Below are positions 29,286 to 42,248 of a stretch of 64,000 bases of DNA, piece by piece. The stretch is from Octopus vulgaris (lineage: Eukaryota), in assembly GCA_951406725.2 (NCBI GenBank), contig OX597826.1, positions 35,464,001 to 35,528,000 on the forward strand, in the 5' to 3' direction. The notes beneath the pieces were generated by a model that saw nothing but the letters and a program-made list of their open reading frames with translations, had not been told where the DNA came from and did not search any database. Both the position numbers and the translations under genes were made by a program. How positions within the stretch are numbered: the stretch's first letter is position 1; each line of letters starts with the position of its first letter.

Positions 29286-29612
29286 GATCATCATCATTTA
29301 GCGTCCGCTTTCCACGCTAGCATGGGTTGGACGGTTCAACTGGGGTCTGGGAAGCTAGAGGGCTGCACTAGGCCCGGTCTGATCTGGCAATGTTTCTACA
29401 GCTGGACGCCCTTCCTAACGCCAACCACTCCGTGAGTGTAGTGGGTGCTTTTTACGTGCCACCGACACAGATGCCAGACGAGGCTGGCAAACGGTCACGG
29501 TCAAATGGTGCTTTTTACGTGCCACCGGCACGGGGGCCAGGCGAGGCTGGCAACGGCCACGATCGGATGGTGCTTTTTACGTGCCACCGGCACGGAGGCC
29601 CGTCGGGGCGAC
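29286..29612 (-). mobile_element. Non-coding retroposon with RTE-like 3' tail and internal ~60-bp tandem repeats
   Basis: Minus strand ends GGAAAGCGGACGCTAAATGATGATGAT; three GGTGCTTTTTACGTGCCACC units; second copy at 54530-54960. Confidence 0.8.
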
Positions 29613-29701
29613 GCTGATTATTTATTTATTTTATCTATACTTCGAAAAAGACATTAACATAATGGAAGCTTTAGTTTAATGTGGTCGTTGAGAGAGAACC
29701 C

Positions 29702-29793
29702 AAAAGAATGAAGGAACTCATGGAATGGTTATGCGACACTTTTCAAGTATCAGTGCCACCAGAAATAATTGAACCCAGACACACAGGTGAAAG
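29702..29793 (+). repeat. Inverted duplicate of Gypsy 3' segment (31302-31395)
   Basis: About 92 bp nearly identical to reverse complement of 31302-31395. Confidence 0.9.
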
Positions 29794-30849
29794 TACCTTT
29801 GTATGCTTATAGTTTATACTGTTCACAAAATTCCAACAACAATATGTTATGAATCGAAATTCAAGATAAGAACAGATATTACACTTTAATCTTAGCCAAA
29901 AGACTGAGAATCGAAATTGAAGGTATTTGATGAAGATGAGGATGGAATATTACCTGCTCATATAGTTGTGTTTTCGTTCTTTTGCTGTTATTTCTGCTCA
30001 TTATCACTTTCCCAGTAAATTTACTTGTGATTTTACTTCTGTTATTTATGCAGAGAGTTTGTTAAAATTTTAAGGATCTTTTGTGGGTGGATGGCAGTTT
30101 TGTGTGAGAGAAGTTTAGTCTGGGGTTGTGCGGTGTTTATACAAAATGTGACAGTTAAAAGCCTAGAAAGTATAAACGTTTCTGTCCATAAATGATATTT
30201 TATCAAGTCTTGATAAAAGTTTGATAATGCTTTAATAAATGTATTTCGCTCTCATAAAGCAAAGGCAGAGCAGTTTTGCTGGTTTTTCTTTTCATAGAAT
30301 TTAAACAATTTTTTATTAGAAAAGTGTGAGGGGCGATAAAGATACGAAAAGAAAATGAAAAGAAAAGAAAGAATGAAACAGAAAGAAAGAAAGAAAGAAG
30401 AGTCTATAACTATTATCAATGAATCATTGTTAGTGAATTTCTTGCCAACGGTTTGTTTGTTCAATTTCTAACATTTAAACATTTGCAAAGTTTTTCTCTC
30501 ATTTTATATTTTTATATTTTTCCGATTCAAAAAAAAAAAAGAAAAAGAAGTGCTTTTATTTCACGGAGACTTAAAAAGAGAATTAAAGAATAGGAAAAGT
30601 TGAAATAATGGTATTAATAAAATATTAAATTAAGAGTTATATTAAGAATTATATTACATAACCAACAAGATTGAAAAGATAACAAAAGTTATTGTAATGG
30701 TATTAAGAATTTGAAATATTGTATTAAGAATAATTTTATTTCATAATTTTATTCATGGAATTAACATTCATGTATTCATATATTAGAATAATCATACAAT
30801 ATTAACCATTTTCATAACCTTTCCTTCTTGAAAAGAAAGCAAAAGGTGT

Positions 30850-31180
30850 ATACGCACAGAATCTATACTGCTAAGTATTATACAGTCTACGCTGTATAAT
30901 TAAACATTGCTAACCAGCAACATGTCCTTGCAATAGAAATGGTCGATACTTTTGTAAGTACATGTGTGTATGAGTTGTACCCATCTGTCGAACTGTTATA
31001 ATGCCCACTCCGGTAGAGCAGTAGTTAGACAAGTAAGACACATCTATCTAATATCCGTCAACCCGACTAACGTTCTCAACTTCTTACCTTACAGTATTTA
31101 TAATGACTATCACATACATCTCCTCACGTGGGAGGGGTGCCCTGTTATTACTGTTCTCCCTATAACATATCCCGCTTTTA
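30850..31180 (-). mobile_element. Possible PPT and 3' LTR of the Gypsy remnant
   Basis: Minus strand AAAAGCGGGATA followed by TGTTATAG at 31167, just after pol; distal LTR end not resolved. Confidence 0.35.
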
Positions 31181-31282
31181 AGTTTTCCTTTTTTTTTTAG
31201 AGAGTGTAATTTTATTTCTTTTATTAGTAATTACTAACCTCCCTTTTTGATATGTTTTTCATTTGGCACCCACTTCCAGGAA

Positions 31283-32945
31283 CTACAAACATTTTCTTTT
31301 TCTTTCATCTGTGTGTCTGGGTTCAATTATTTCTGGTGGCACTGATACTTGAAAAGTGTTGTATAACCATTCCATGAGTTCCTTCATTCTCTTTTTTAGT
31401 TGGTTCGTGTGTCTCTTGTATACCTCTGTCTTTCCTTTTCCCAAGTATAGCATTTTTCCTATCCATTTGGTAATCACTCCATCTTCCCAACTTTGTTTTC
31501 CGTTCTTATATACCCTAACAAATACATTTTCATCTATTTTAAAAGTATCTAGTATTATCCATTGCAATTTTTTCTTTTCTCATCGGGTAGTAATTTGTTG
31601 AAGACTGACTTTATTTTCCTCACAAACAACAGCTCGGCTGGTGACATACCTGCTGGTGCGTTTAGATATGTTGTCACACGATATTTTCTTAAGAATTGTT
31701 GTACACCTACCTCATCCATGAATTCCTTATTCATCTTTTTAGGGCTCTCTTTAATGTATCAACAAAGTGCTCTGCTTGTCAATTAGATCTGGGCTGCTAT
31801 GTTATATGTTCTACAGTGAACGTTTTACAAAACTTTTTGAACGCAAAAGACACACACTGTGTTCCATTATCAGACACTATTGCGTCTGGGATGCAAAATC
31901 TCACAAACAGCTCATGTGGAAAGTTTGATGCAGCTGAGGAGATTAGTTTTTTTACACTTACAAATTTCTGGCCATTGAAAGAAACTATCTACTACCACAA
32001 AGTAGTATGAACCGTTTAAGGGACCAGCGAAATCGATGTGTAGCCTTGACCACAGAACATCTACTTTTGGCCAAAGTTCACATTTTTTCATTGATAACTT
32101 TGCTGCTAGAGCACATCCTCTACAGTCTTTCACTAGATTTCTGATTTCCCTATCCACTTTTGGCCAGTCCACATAGTTATGCATCAAAGCTTTCATCCTC
32201 GAAATACCAGGGTGTCCAACATAGAATTCCCTCAAGATTTTCTTTTGCAATGTTTCAGGTATAACTCTGTGTGCATACATCCGTACGCCATCACAAATTG
32301 AGTATAGGTTCACGTCTTGATTTCATTTCACACCAATCCTATTCCTATTTCCTTTTCCTGTCCACTTATTCTTTTCATCTGTTATAAATTTGTCCTTTTC
32401 CGCGTTTTGTTTTATGTCTTCTAGGGTCACCCGTAATTCATGTACCACATTCCACATTACATTTTTTATTTCTCCTTCCGATCTTAAAGCTGCGATTACT
32501 GTATCTTCGAATGTGTCACAGTGTTTCGGTATCAGTCTGGACAAACCATCTCCATGCTTTAATTTTTTGCGGTAAAAATTCTATTTTGTAATCATAATTC
32601 AATAATGTAGTGCCCCATCACTGTAAGCTATTCGCTGTGTGTGTTTTTAGAACCGCATGTTGACAGTAGTGGGCGATGATTCGTTTGTAGACAGAAACTT
32701 CTACCATGAATAAATCTATGGCATTTTTTCACACCGAATATGATTGCTAACGCTTCCTTTTCTCTTTGGTTATAGTTCCTTTCAGCTTGTAATACCGATC
32801 ATGACACATAAGCTATAGCTTTTTACTCCCATCGTCGTATTTGTGCAAACGCATGAATCCTATATCGTAATCACTCGTATCTGTAGCCAATATAATATCC
32901 AACTTCAGCTCAGAATGCCTTAACAATAAATTCGATATCAAAATG
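31283..32945 (-). mobile_element. Degenerate Gypsy/Ty3 LTR retrotransposon pol (RNase H + integrase)
   Basis: ILATDTSDYDIG (RNase H); GHPGISRMKALMHNYVDWPKVDREIRNLVKDCRGC (Zn-binding); WSRLHIDFAGPLNG..VVVDSF (integrase core); VYKRHTNQLK; many stops and frameshifts. Confidence 0.93.
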
Positions 32946-33010
32946 AGTCTATTATGTACGTCAACATATATAGTCATACATACGTGTGTCTGTGTGTGTA
33001 CATACACGAG

Positions 33011-33364
33011 AAGATCATTTATTTTCCAATGCAGAGACGCCATTAGAACAAGAGAAACATTAGGTAAATTACCCTAACAAAGTGGAAAAATTTGTCAATA
33101 AACAGCCATAGGACTGGAACCCACATCTCTTGAAGGTTCTGGTCAAGTGCTTTACCATTTAACTGTACTGCGCCTAAAATGCAGATAACTTGTCGGTGAG
33201 CAGTTTAGCTTAATGGTAAAGTATTTCGCTAGTATCTTCAAGAGATGTTAGTCTGAATCCCATGAATGTTTGTTGAAAACATTTCTGCTTTGTAACAGTA
33301 ATCTACCTAATGTTTCTGCCATTCTAATGGAGTCTCTGCATTCGAAGATAAATTTTCATCTTGT
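33011..33364. mobile_element. Head-to-head inverted pair of a tRNA-headed repeat (~160-bp arms)
   Basis: 33011-33170 is the diverged reverse complement of 33201-33364; A-box-like TAGCTTAATGG and B-box-like CTGAATCCC. Confidence 0.75.
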
Positions 33365-33817
33365 TTGTATCTTACAATACATAGTTCGGTGCTTATAAAA
33401 ATCAAATGCTTGCTTATATTTATATACACGTGGATATATATATATGTGTGTGTGTGTATATATGTCTATATATATATATATATATATATATCCATACACA
33501 TGGAATTACCCATTTGCCGACAAAGACAAAGGTACCAACTTCGAAATTCATTGTGGAGTTGGGTGGAAGTGATGCCAGGGCAACACAGCTGGAATCTCCT
33601 TGCTCAACACTTTTCCAACAGAGTTTCGTTCCGGAAATTTCTGTCTCAAAAATTAACTAACCATGATGTTTACATCCCTCTACTTGCAGATAAATTATAT
33701 GACTTCAGCCATTTCGGTCAGAAACGTCAACTATAAAGCTAGCGTTTTATATGCGAAATCTATAGGTACTCTCTGATCAGCGACATTACACAATCTTTGA
33801 AATAGATAGATAGATAT

Positions 33818-33983
33818 AGGCGCAGGAGTGGCTGTGTGGTAAGTAGCTTGTCTACCAACCACATGGTTCCGGGTTCAGTCCCACTGCGTGGCACCTTGGG
33901 CAAGTATCTTCTACTATAGCCTCGGGCCGACCAAAGCCTTGTGAGTGGATTTGGTAGACGGAAGCTCAAAGAAGGCCGTCGTA

Positions 33984-34033
<50 letters not shown>

Positions 34034-34255
34034 CGTGTTTGCGTGTCTGTGTTTGTCCCCTAGCATTGCTTGACAACCGATGCTGGTGTGTTTATGTCCC
34101 CGTTACTTAGCGGTTCGGCAAAAGAGAACGATACAATAAGTACTGGGCTTACAAAAGAATAAGTCCTGGGGGCGAGTTGCTCGATTAAAGGCGGTGCTCC
34201 AGCATGGCCGCAGTCAAATGACTGAAACAAGTAAAAGAGTAAAAGAGTAAAAGAG
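33818..34255 (+). mobile_element. SINE family C, near full length
   Basis: tRNA-like head, internal (TA)n/(TG)n, tail (GTAAAAGA)n. Confidence 0.92.
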
Positions 34256-34307
34256 ATATAGGTATATATACCTATATATAACATATACACATATTATTGT
34301 GTATATG

Positions 34308-34620
34308 TTTTGTCCTAGCATATGGGCTGCTTCTTTTAGTTTCCATATTTTCCAGTGGTGTTCTCTGTCTATTATTTTAACGTCATCCCACAGGGGGAGG
34401 TGATCTTCATTTTTCCATACATGATCCACTATACCCGATTGATCATGCATGATAAATGGAGACCACCTCTCCCTGTGGAATGAAGTTTTTAAAAAATAAT
34501 AGACAGAGAACACCACTGGAAAATATGAAAACTAAATGAAGCAGAACATATGCTAGGACAAAAAAAGCTCCTAAGCAGGCCAAGTGCAGCATATGGGAAT
34601 CGGTATTAAGAAAAGATAGG
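34308..34620. mobile_element. Inverted pair of Penelope-like endonuclease C-terminal fragments
   Basis: Minus arm encodes SGIVDHVWKNEDHLPLWDDVKIIDREHHWKIWKLKEAAHM (PLE S..A.H...H...W....I...E.....R..KEA motif); arms 34308-34426 and 34441-34563. Confidence 0.8.
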
Positions 34621-34665
34621 AAGATATGAGATTTATAAACCCTAAAATTCACTCTATAATTGCCC

Positions 34666-34933
34666 ACAGGCATATGGTGTAGTGGTTAAGAGCGCGGGCT
34701 ACTAACCCCACGATTCGATTCCAGGAGGTGACCTGAATAATAATAAGAAGAACATCGAAAATACCTTAGGAATGAGAACCCAGGTTCAAAATTTCCCCAA
34801 GACACCTAATGAAGTCTGGAGGGTATATCAGCCAAAAAATTGTGTTAACAACAAACAAAATGAGGACAAATATCCGTCAATTGTAAATAATTTAAATAAT
34901 GTACATAATTCCACATCTCTTAAATATAGAACT
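34666..34933 (+). mobile_element. Family H1 cassette (tRNA-like head + AAT + decayed hammerhead)
   Basis: GGCATATGGTGTAGTGGTTAAGAGCGCGGGCTACTAACCCC..TTCGATTCC, then GACAC-CTAATGA-..-TGTGTT, then the shared 3' end. Confidence 0.85.
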
Positions 34934-35023
34934 ATATAAACATAGATCTCATATATGTATATGTTAATATATGTACATATTAATATATATAAAACATATA
35001 TATGTGTGTGCATATATATTATG

Positions 35024-35054
<31 letters not shown>

Positions 35055-35936
35055 ATATATATATATATGTATGTATGTATATATATATATATATGTAAAT
35101 ATGTGTGTGCATATATATATATATATAAATATATATCGAGGGTATCCCATAATGTGAAACATATATACTCACCTTTGTGAGTATATGTTTCAGACTATAG
35201 GATACGCTATGTGACAAATTATAAGGTTTGAAATACCTTAATGGAAGAAAGTATTTGTGTTTGTGGTGGTGGAGTTGTGTGTGTGATTTTATGCATGTAT
35301 GCGTGTCTATATAATCCTTTTTTATTTTTGAAATCCTGCTTTATTTCTGGTCTAGAGATCAGTTTGAAAAGAGAAGTCTTGATCGTATTGTGCATTGTTA
35401 AGAAGGGCAAAGCAAGATCGGAAGCTTATATTGTCAAACATGACTACATCGATGTCAAAATAAGTCTATTGTATACGTTAACATATATATTCATACATAC
35501 GTGTGTGTGTGTGGGTGTGTGTGTGTGGGTGTGTGTGTGTGGGTGTGTGTGTGTGTACATACATGATATGTAATTGCTATAGCTCCGATATCAATTCATA
35601 TTAGGATCAAGTTTTCAGCGACTGTTTAATCTACGTTCAAGACACAACTCTTCTACCAATAATATATAAATGGTAGTTTGCTTGTATAAAATTTCGAAAC
35701 ATATAATGATAATTTTTATATAATATGTAGACCGGTGTCTGAATTCCCATGGATACAAAATTGATGAAAATTCCAAAGAGTGTTGATTCTTCATTAGTAG
35801 ATTGACAGATGTGCCAAAGACAAAAAGAAAAGTAATAATAATAAAAAGATTAGATGATTAAAAAAATAGGGAAAATATTATTAAAAAACAATTAGAAAAA
35901 TTCTCAATTACTTAGGTCAATAATCAATTACTGTAT

Positions 35937-36024
<88 letters not shown>

Positions 36025-36291
36025 GAATATATATATATAATTATATGAATGAGCATGTATATATGTATGCATGTGTATATATATCTATGTAGGTATGTAT
36101 CATGCATATATGCATTTATATATGCCTCTACGTATTTGCCAGTGCATTTCTCTGTCTCTCTCTTTCCCCCTCTGACATTCACTCTTTGAATCTTTGTCTG
36201 CACATACAGAATATTATAAGAACACTATAGATATATATAAAATATAAAGATGTGTATAAATAGAGCTCTATCGATCAATCTATCTACCCAG

Positions 36292-36335
<44 letters not shown>

Positions 36336-36810
36336 CATATATATACATACATTTATATACATACACACTCATATATGTATGTATATGTTTAAATTCATAT
36401 ATACATACAAAAAAAATATATATGCAAGTATGAATGAATATACATACATAACATCTACAAACCTATATTACACGTTTAAAACACTGAGTGTACAAAGAGG
36501 AAAATTTGATAATTAAAAGATCTAATAGATCAAAGTCTACGTCCGCTTTCATGTAACAAACTTTTTCCTTGGTGTAATATTGAAAAGTTAAATATGCATT
36601 GAGTTTTACTGATGAAGGAAAAAATATTTTAATGAAACTCTAATTCAATTACAGGTTCAATTATATCTACATACAGCACAAAAAAATGGTGTAGAGAAAT
36701 ATATGTCTGCGTTTAGAGTTCCACGCATACATACATGCAAACATACACAAAAACACATGTATATGCATCTTTATTTTTTTAGTGCGTACCTCTATAATTA
36801 GACACCCACT

Positions 36811-36857
<47 letters not shown>

Positions 36858-37441
36858 ATACATATCTATCTATCTATCTATCTCTCTCTATATATATATA
36901 GAGAGAGAGAGATATATATACACACACATTTATACATACTAATGTATTTGCGTCTGTGCATACACATATGTATATACATATAGGTATGTATATGGTACAC
37001 AGAAACACACACACACTGTTAGTTATAAGTCTCTATACGTTCATATATGGAGACATATACATAAATACAGGTTTGAAGGAATAGAGGTATAATTACATAT
37101 TCACGTCAATGTTTAATTAACAAAAAAATCCTATGCTGAGTATACCTACTTAGAAAAATAGTGAGAGTAATTCCACGATTTTGTTTCTTGTTACTTTTAT
37201 TTAGTTTATACTTTACTCGTAATATTCGTGTGTTTTATGTAAAACGCAGCCTAAGCTTGAATAAAAAAAAAAGCATGTCGAAATTATTATATAGGTTAAC
37301 AAATGGAAAGAAAATATCTCATTAGTTAAAAGGAGTCTCAATGTGAAATGTGCGTTTGAAGAGAGTGGATGTGTGTCATTGTGAATGATAGGTAGACACA
37401 GTGTAAATAGAGAGGAAGGGAGAAACTGCTTCCTCTCTATC

Positions 37442-37494
<53 letters not shown>

Positions 37495-37512
37495 CATACA
37501 TACATACATATA

Positions 37513-37610
<98 letters not shown>

Positions 37611-38084
37611 ATTATTTGAGGGAATATAAATCTAAACTTACAGGGAAAAAAATTCAATTTATAAATACTTAGTCAAATTTCACACAATATAATATATATA
37701 TATATATAAAATTAGAAGAAACACCTTTCATCTATTTAAAATGAACAATTAAATTACACCATCTAGAAAATTACATATAATAGAAATATTAAAATTAAAA
37801 TAATAAAATATCAATGATTAAGTAAATTGCAAAAAAAAAAATAAAAACGTATATACTTCTATTTATATTTATACATGTATGCATATGTATAATATGTAAG
37901 TCGTCTAAGATTCCATAAGTCAATAGAGTGAGTAGATTATCTGGAGTGTACAATATTATATATCCATTACAATTCGGTTTCACGCTAGGGATTCAACGGT
38001 GTGTTAGATAACAATCCAATCATGTAACTCTAAGCCCATCCGATGGAATGAAATGTGTTTAGATATCATATGTGTGTGTGTGTG

Positions 38085-38122
<38 letters not shown>

Positions 38123-38477
38123 GATACATACACACATACATATATATATATGTATATACATATATGGGTACAGCACGTTACCAAAAGTAAACAAAATGGT
38201 GTATGCAAACGAACGAGTTAAATACGCAAACAACGAATGAGAAAAAATGGAAAATGGGACAAGTAACAGAAAGAGCGACTCTTCATCAGTTGTCGGCTGT
38301 CTATCTACTCCTCATTTTGAGCATTCAATGACAATATGAGTCTTAGAAGACAGCTGGTCCCATAAATACCAAAATAAAATTTTGGGGTTTATGGAGGGTC
38401 AAAGTTGGGTAACATAATCGAATTGGTACCGAACACACTATTGAATTCCTTGTGCAAAACCAATTGGTAATGGAAAA

Positions 38478-38539
<62 letters not shown>

Positions 38540-38540
38540 C

Positions 38541-38615
<75 letters not shown>
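38478..38615. repeat. (GATA)n microsatellite
   Basis: Directly visible. Confidence 0.99.
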
Positions 38616-38792
38616 GCAAATGTATATTCTTAGGAGGCTGTTGACTTGATTTATTGCGTTGTCACTTATTGTGGTACATGTGAAATATCAACTAACAGAA
38701 ATTCGTTTGAATGTTCACTGGTAGTGAAGACTTTGTTTCAGAGAGAAATATGAGTATGTCTATGCTTGTGTGCGCATATATATATATATATA

Positions 38793-38953
38793 TGACGGGC
38801 TTCTTACTGTTTCCGTCTATCAAATCCACTCACAAGGCTTTGGTCTGCTCAAGGCTATAATAGAAGACACTCGCCAAAGGTGACATGCAGTGGAACTGAA
38901 CCCGAAACCATGTGGTTGGGAAGCAAGCTTCTTATCATACAGCTATGCCTGCG

Positions 38954-38955
<2 letters not shown>
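38793..38955 (-). mobile_element. SINE family C, 5' half
   Basis: Reverse complement of family C head up to the internal microsatellite. Confidence 0.85.
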
Positions 38956-38992
<37 letters not shown>

Positions 38993-40057
38993 TACTTGAT
39001 ATGTGAGTGTGTATGGAATATGAAATGTTTAGTTCACTGATGATCTGAACCATTATGTATGCTGCCGAAGTGCTATATAACTGGTCGTCTGTGAGGTTCC
39101 AAGCTCTCAACTGAGGTTGGAGCAAGGGATCTGTAGTAGGCTTGTGGCTGAAAACTGTTTACGTGTGGGCCTGTTTTTTTTACTTTAATCTAATGCATTC
39201 TCTTTACCATTGATCTGAATGTTACTACTTACGAAGTAATCTTACTCACTTTTGCCATTGTTATTAATTTCAAGGCAATATTATTGAAAACACCAATTCT
39301 TTTAAGTTAATGATTCAAATTATCGTTTGCATCTTGGGATTCGGCCAGCTCATCATGACTGCAAATGCCAATAATTGTAGGTTTGAATCTATTTTTATGT
39401 GAGACAATTATCTACTGAGCAATAATATCTACTATCGTTCTACTGCCGGACTACTACACGCGCATCTCCCACGAATTGGTATGAAACATTTTTGGTATGA
39501 AACATTTTTGAAATGAAATTTTTCTGTCTTACATAATTATATCTACACCATTGACATCCAAACTGGTATACAATCAGTGAAGTTCTATTGCCCTCTTAAA
39601 TAACAATATTGAGAAAGAGGTAACATTTGACAACAATGAAATGAACAAAATTAAACCTAATACTGTCCTTGATATTTCATCAACAAACTATCTACAATGC
39701 TGCTAAAGTGTGATTGATGGTGGTTAGTAGGTTTGTAAATACTATAATTAAGATTACTTGTTCCATTTGTTTTTTTATTTTAATTCATGCAACCTTGCCT
39801 CCAGCAGGGTTGTTGTATGTTAGCATTATTCCGAAATTATCTTCATGGTCCCTTTGATGTAAAATTTGCATTTAGCTAAACATTTTTATACTCTGTTTTA
39901 TTTGAATTTATGATTTTGTGTACATCATACAAACACACACACACAGACATATAATACATATAATATATTTATATAAATGCATATATGTATAAATATATAT
40001 ATGTGTATATATATGTGTATATAATGTATCTATGTGTTTGTGTGTGAGTGTATGAGT

Positions 40058-40097
<40 letters not shown>

Positions 40098-40479
40098 AAT
40101 TCAGGAGATACAAGGAAGAAGGTCAACTCAGGCGGACTACAACTGGTGTATACATATACGAATTTAATATGATAGAATTGTCTAAAACATATATTAATAC
40201 ATTCAAAATAGAGAGTTATAGCAATATAAACATATATATGAATGTTAAAAATAGGCAAGAACAAATAGATATATACATATGTAAATATAATGGAAGATAG
40301 ATGAAAACATAGATGAGGATAATAAAATATAGAAAGACATCTCGTTTAAAAATTATGGAATGCATGGAGTAATAAAGGTTTAAAAAGAGTTTTTGGTACC
40401 ATACGTAAATGAAAATGAGTATACACACACACACACACTCACACATGGCTAAAGTGGCTTGGTATAGCGTTGAGTGGTA

Positions 40480-41150
40480 GGAGGAGCCCTTTGGTCAATC
40501 AAGACGCTTAAAGGTGCCATCAGAGAAAAGAAAGAGGTTCACAAAGTTTAGCTTAGAAATAAGTCTTCTTTCTTGCTTTTCAAGTACAAGCAGGTATAAA
40601 AAGTTGCTACAGAGATAATGAAGAGTCCAAGGTTAAGACATAGGAGAATTTTTGTAGTTAACCTGGAATCCGACTTTAGATCAGCAAATAAATTATTCTT
40701 GTAGGCTTTTTGTAGACTATTCAGTAAGAAGTTCCTTTCCATGCCTGCTGTCAGGAACTCGTCTGGGGTTCTTCTCTCTGAAGAGAAGTGCATCCTCACA
40801 AGGTGGAGAGAATAATTTGCTAATCTGAATCCAGTTGTAGCAACATCTGATATGCATGAAGTGTACCTCAGGGTCACAAGACCTCTTTAAAAGCTCAAAT
40901 GTGGCAAGGCAACTGGAATGGAAGAAAATCGGCCTGACATGTTAAAGAGTCAACCAGTGAATACCTTCTCTATTTAAATAAAGAAGGTATTCTCTGGTAG
41001 ACTTTTATATGCCAGGTGGCCTGGATCTCTGAAATGGCATCTAAGCATTGGCCATCGGAAATAATAATCCCAATTTTCAAAAAGGAACACAAGACAGATT
41101 GCTCAAATTATACGGGAATCTTCCTGATAAAGTCTATGGTTGGTAACAGA
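40480..41150 (+). mobile_element. Highly degenerate RTE-clade LINE fragment (linker + RT N-terminus)
   Basis: AIREKKEVHK; EEKCILTRWRE*FANL; LKCGKATGMEENRPDMLK; IIIPIFKKEHKTDCSNYTGI. Confidence 0.7.
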
Positions 41151-41231
41151 CAAAGAGATGTAGGGCTATTGTTGGGTGTGGGATAGCTACGAGATAGCTG
41201 CTGAACACAGACACACACACAAAACACACGT

Positions 41232-41264
<33 letters not shown>

Positions 41265-41999
41265 ATGCTCAGGTCACACAAATATATTTAATTTACTGAG
41301 CATTTATTGAAACAGCTGTTAGGAATGAGGATTAATTTGGTGTTAATAATTTATTAACTCCCCAATGTCCATTTCGTTTCACTTCTTTTATATATACATG
41401 TGTGTGTGTGTATATATATACACACACACACACATACATACATATATGTATTCGAAAGCGATGATTCGTTGACTAACACTTCAGACTTTATGGTTATAAT
41501 CTTTATTGATATAAGATTCCAATAACTCAAAATTGCCTTCACCTGCGAGGGAGTCCATGAGATTTCTACCGGCGCTGATATGAGGATATTCAGGGTTCTC
41601 CAATGGCATGGAGATTTTCTGTGCAAGACTGAGTGCTATGTTGAAACAAGCAAAGAACCATAACGATCATTATCATCATCATCATTGATGTCATCATTCT
41701 CATTGTCTCTGCCCTCATCATTGTCATTATCATCAACGTTGTCATCGTCATAACCATCCTAGTAATTACCGTATCTTATTTTAAAATTCCCATAGAATTA
41801 ACTGCAAATAATTTAAAAGAAGGATAATGTATAAAAACAGAAACAAACTGAGGAATCAAAAGGCAGACAAAACTAATACACCTTCATGCACATACGCACT
41901 GATCTATATATATATATATATACACACGTGCATCCATACATATGCACATATATTTGTATGTGTGGGCAAGTATGTGTGAGGATGTACATATATACATGC

Positions 42000-42030
<31 letters not shown>

Positions 42031-42193
42031 TGTATGTGTGTGAATAATGTTAAAAGCTATAATTTTTATATACATACTTATAAACATATGTATGCAGACT
42101 AATATATAAATACACCTTTAGACATTTAGATGCATAGCGATAGATATATGTGAAGAAAAAAAAAATATATATATATATATATTCGTATGCGAA

Positions 42194-42248
<55 letters not shown>

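Noticed and set aside
29443-29600. Three 20-bp repeats at ~60-bp period resembling a CRISPR array
   Set aside because: The 'spacers' are similar to one another, the array lies inside a dispersed retroposon, and the context is eukaryotic with no cas genes.
34669-34735. tRNA-like sequences as real tRNA genes (also 3806, 14940, 33201, 58410)
   Set aside because: Acceptor and T stems do not pair; they are heads of repeats.
38270-38345. Minus-strand CTGATGAAGAG as a hammerhead
   Set aside because: No downstream GAAA or stems could be assembled.
40548-40877. 109-aa minus-strand ORF with a hydrophobic segment
   Set aside because: Overlaps the antisense of an RTE relic; no recognisable family.
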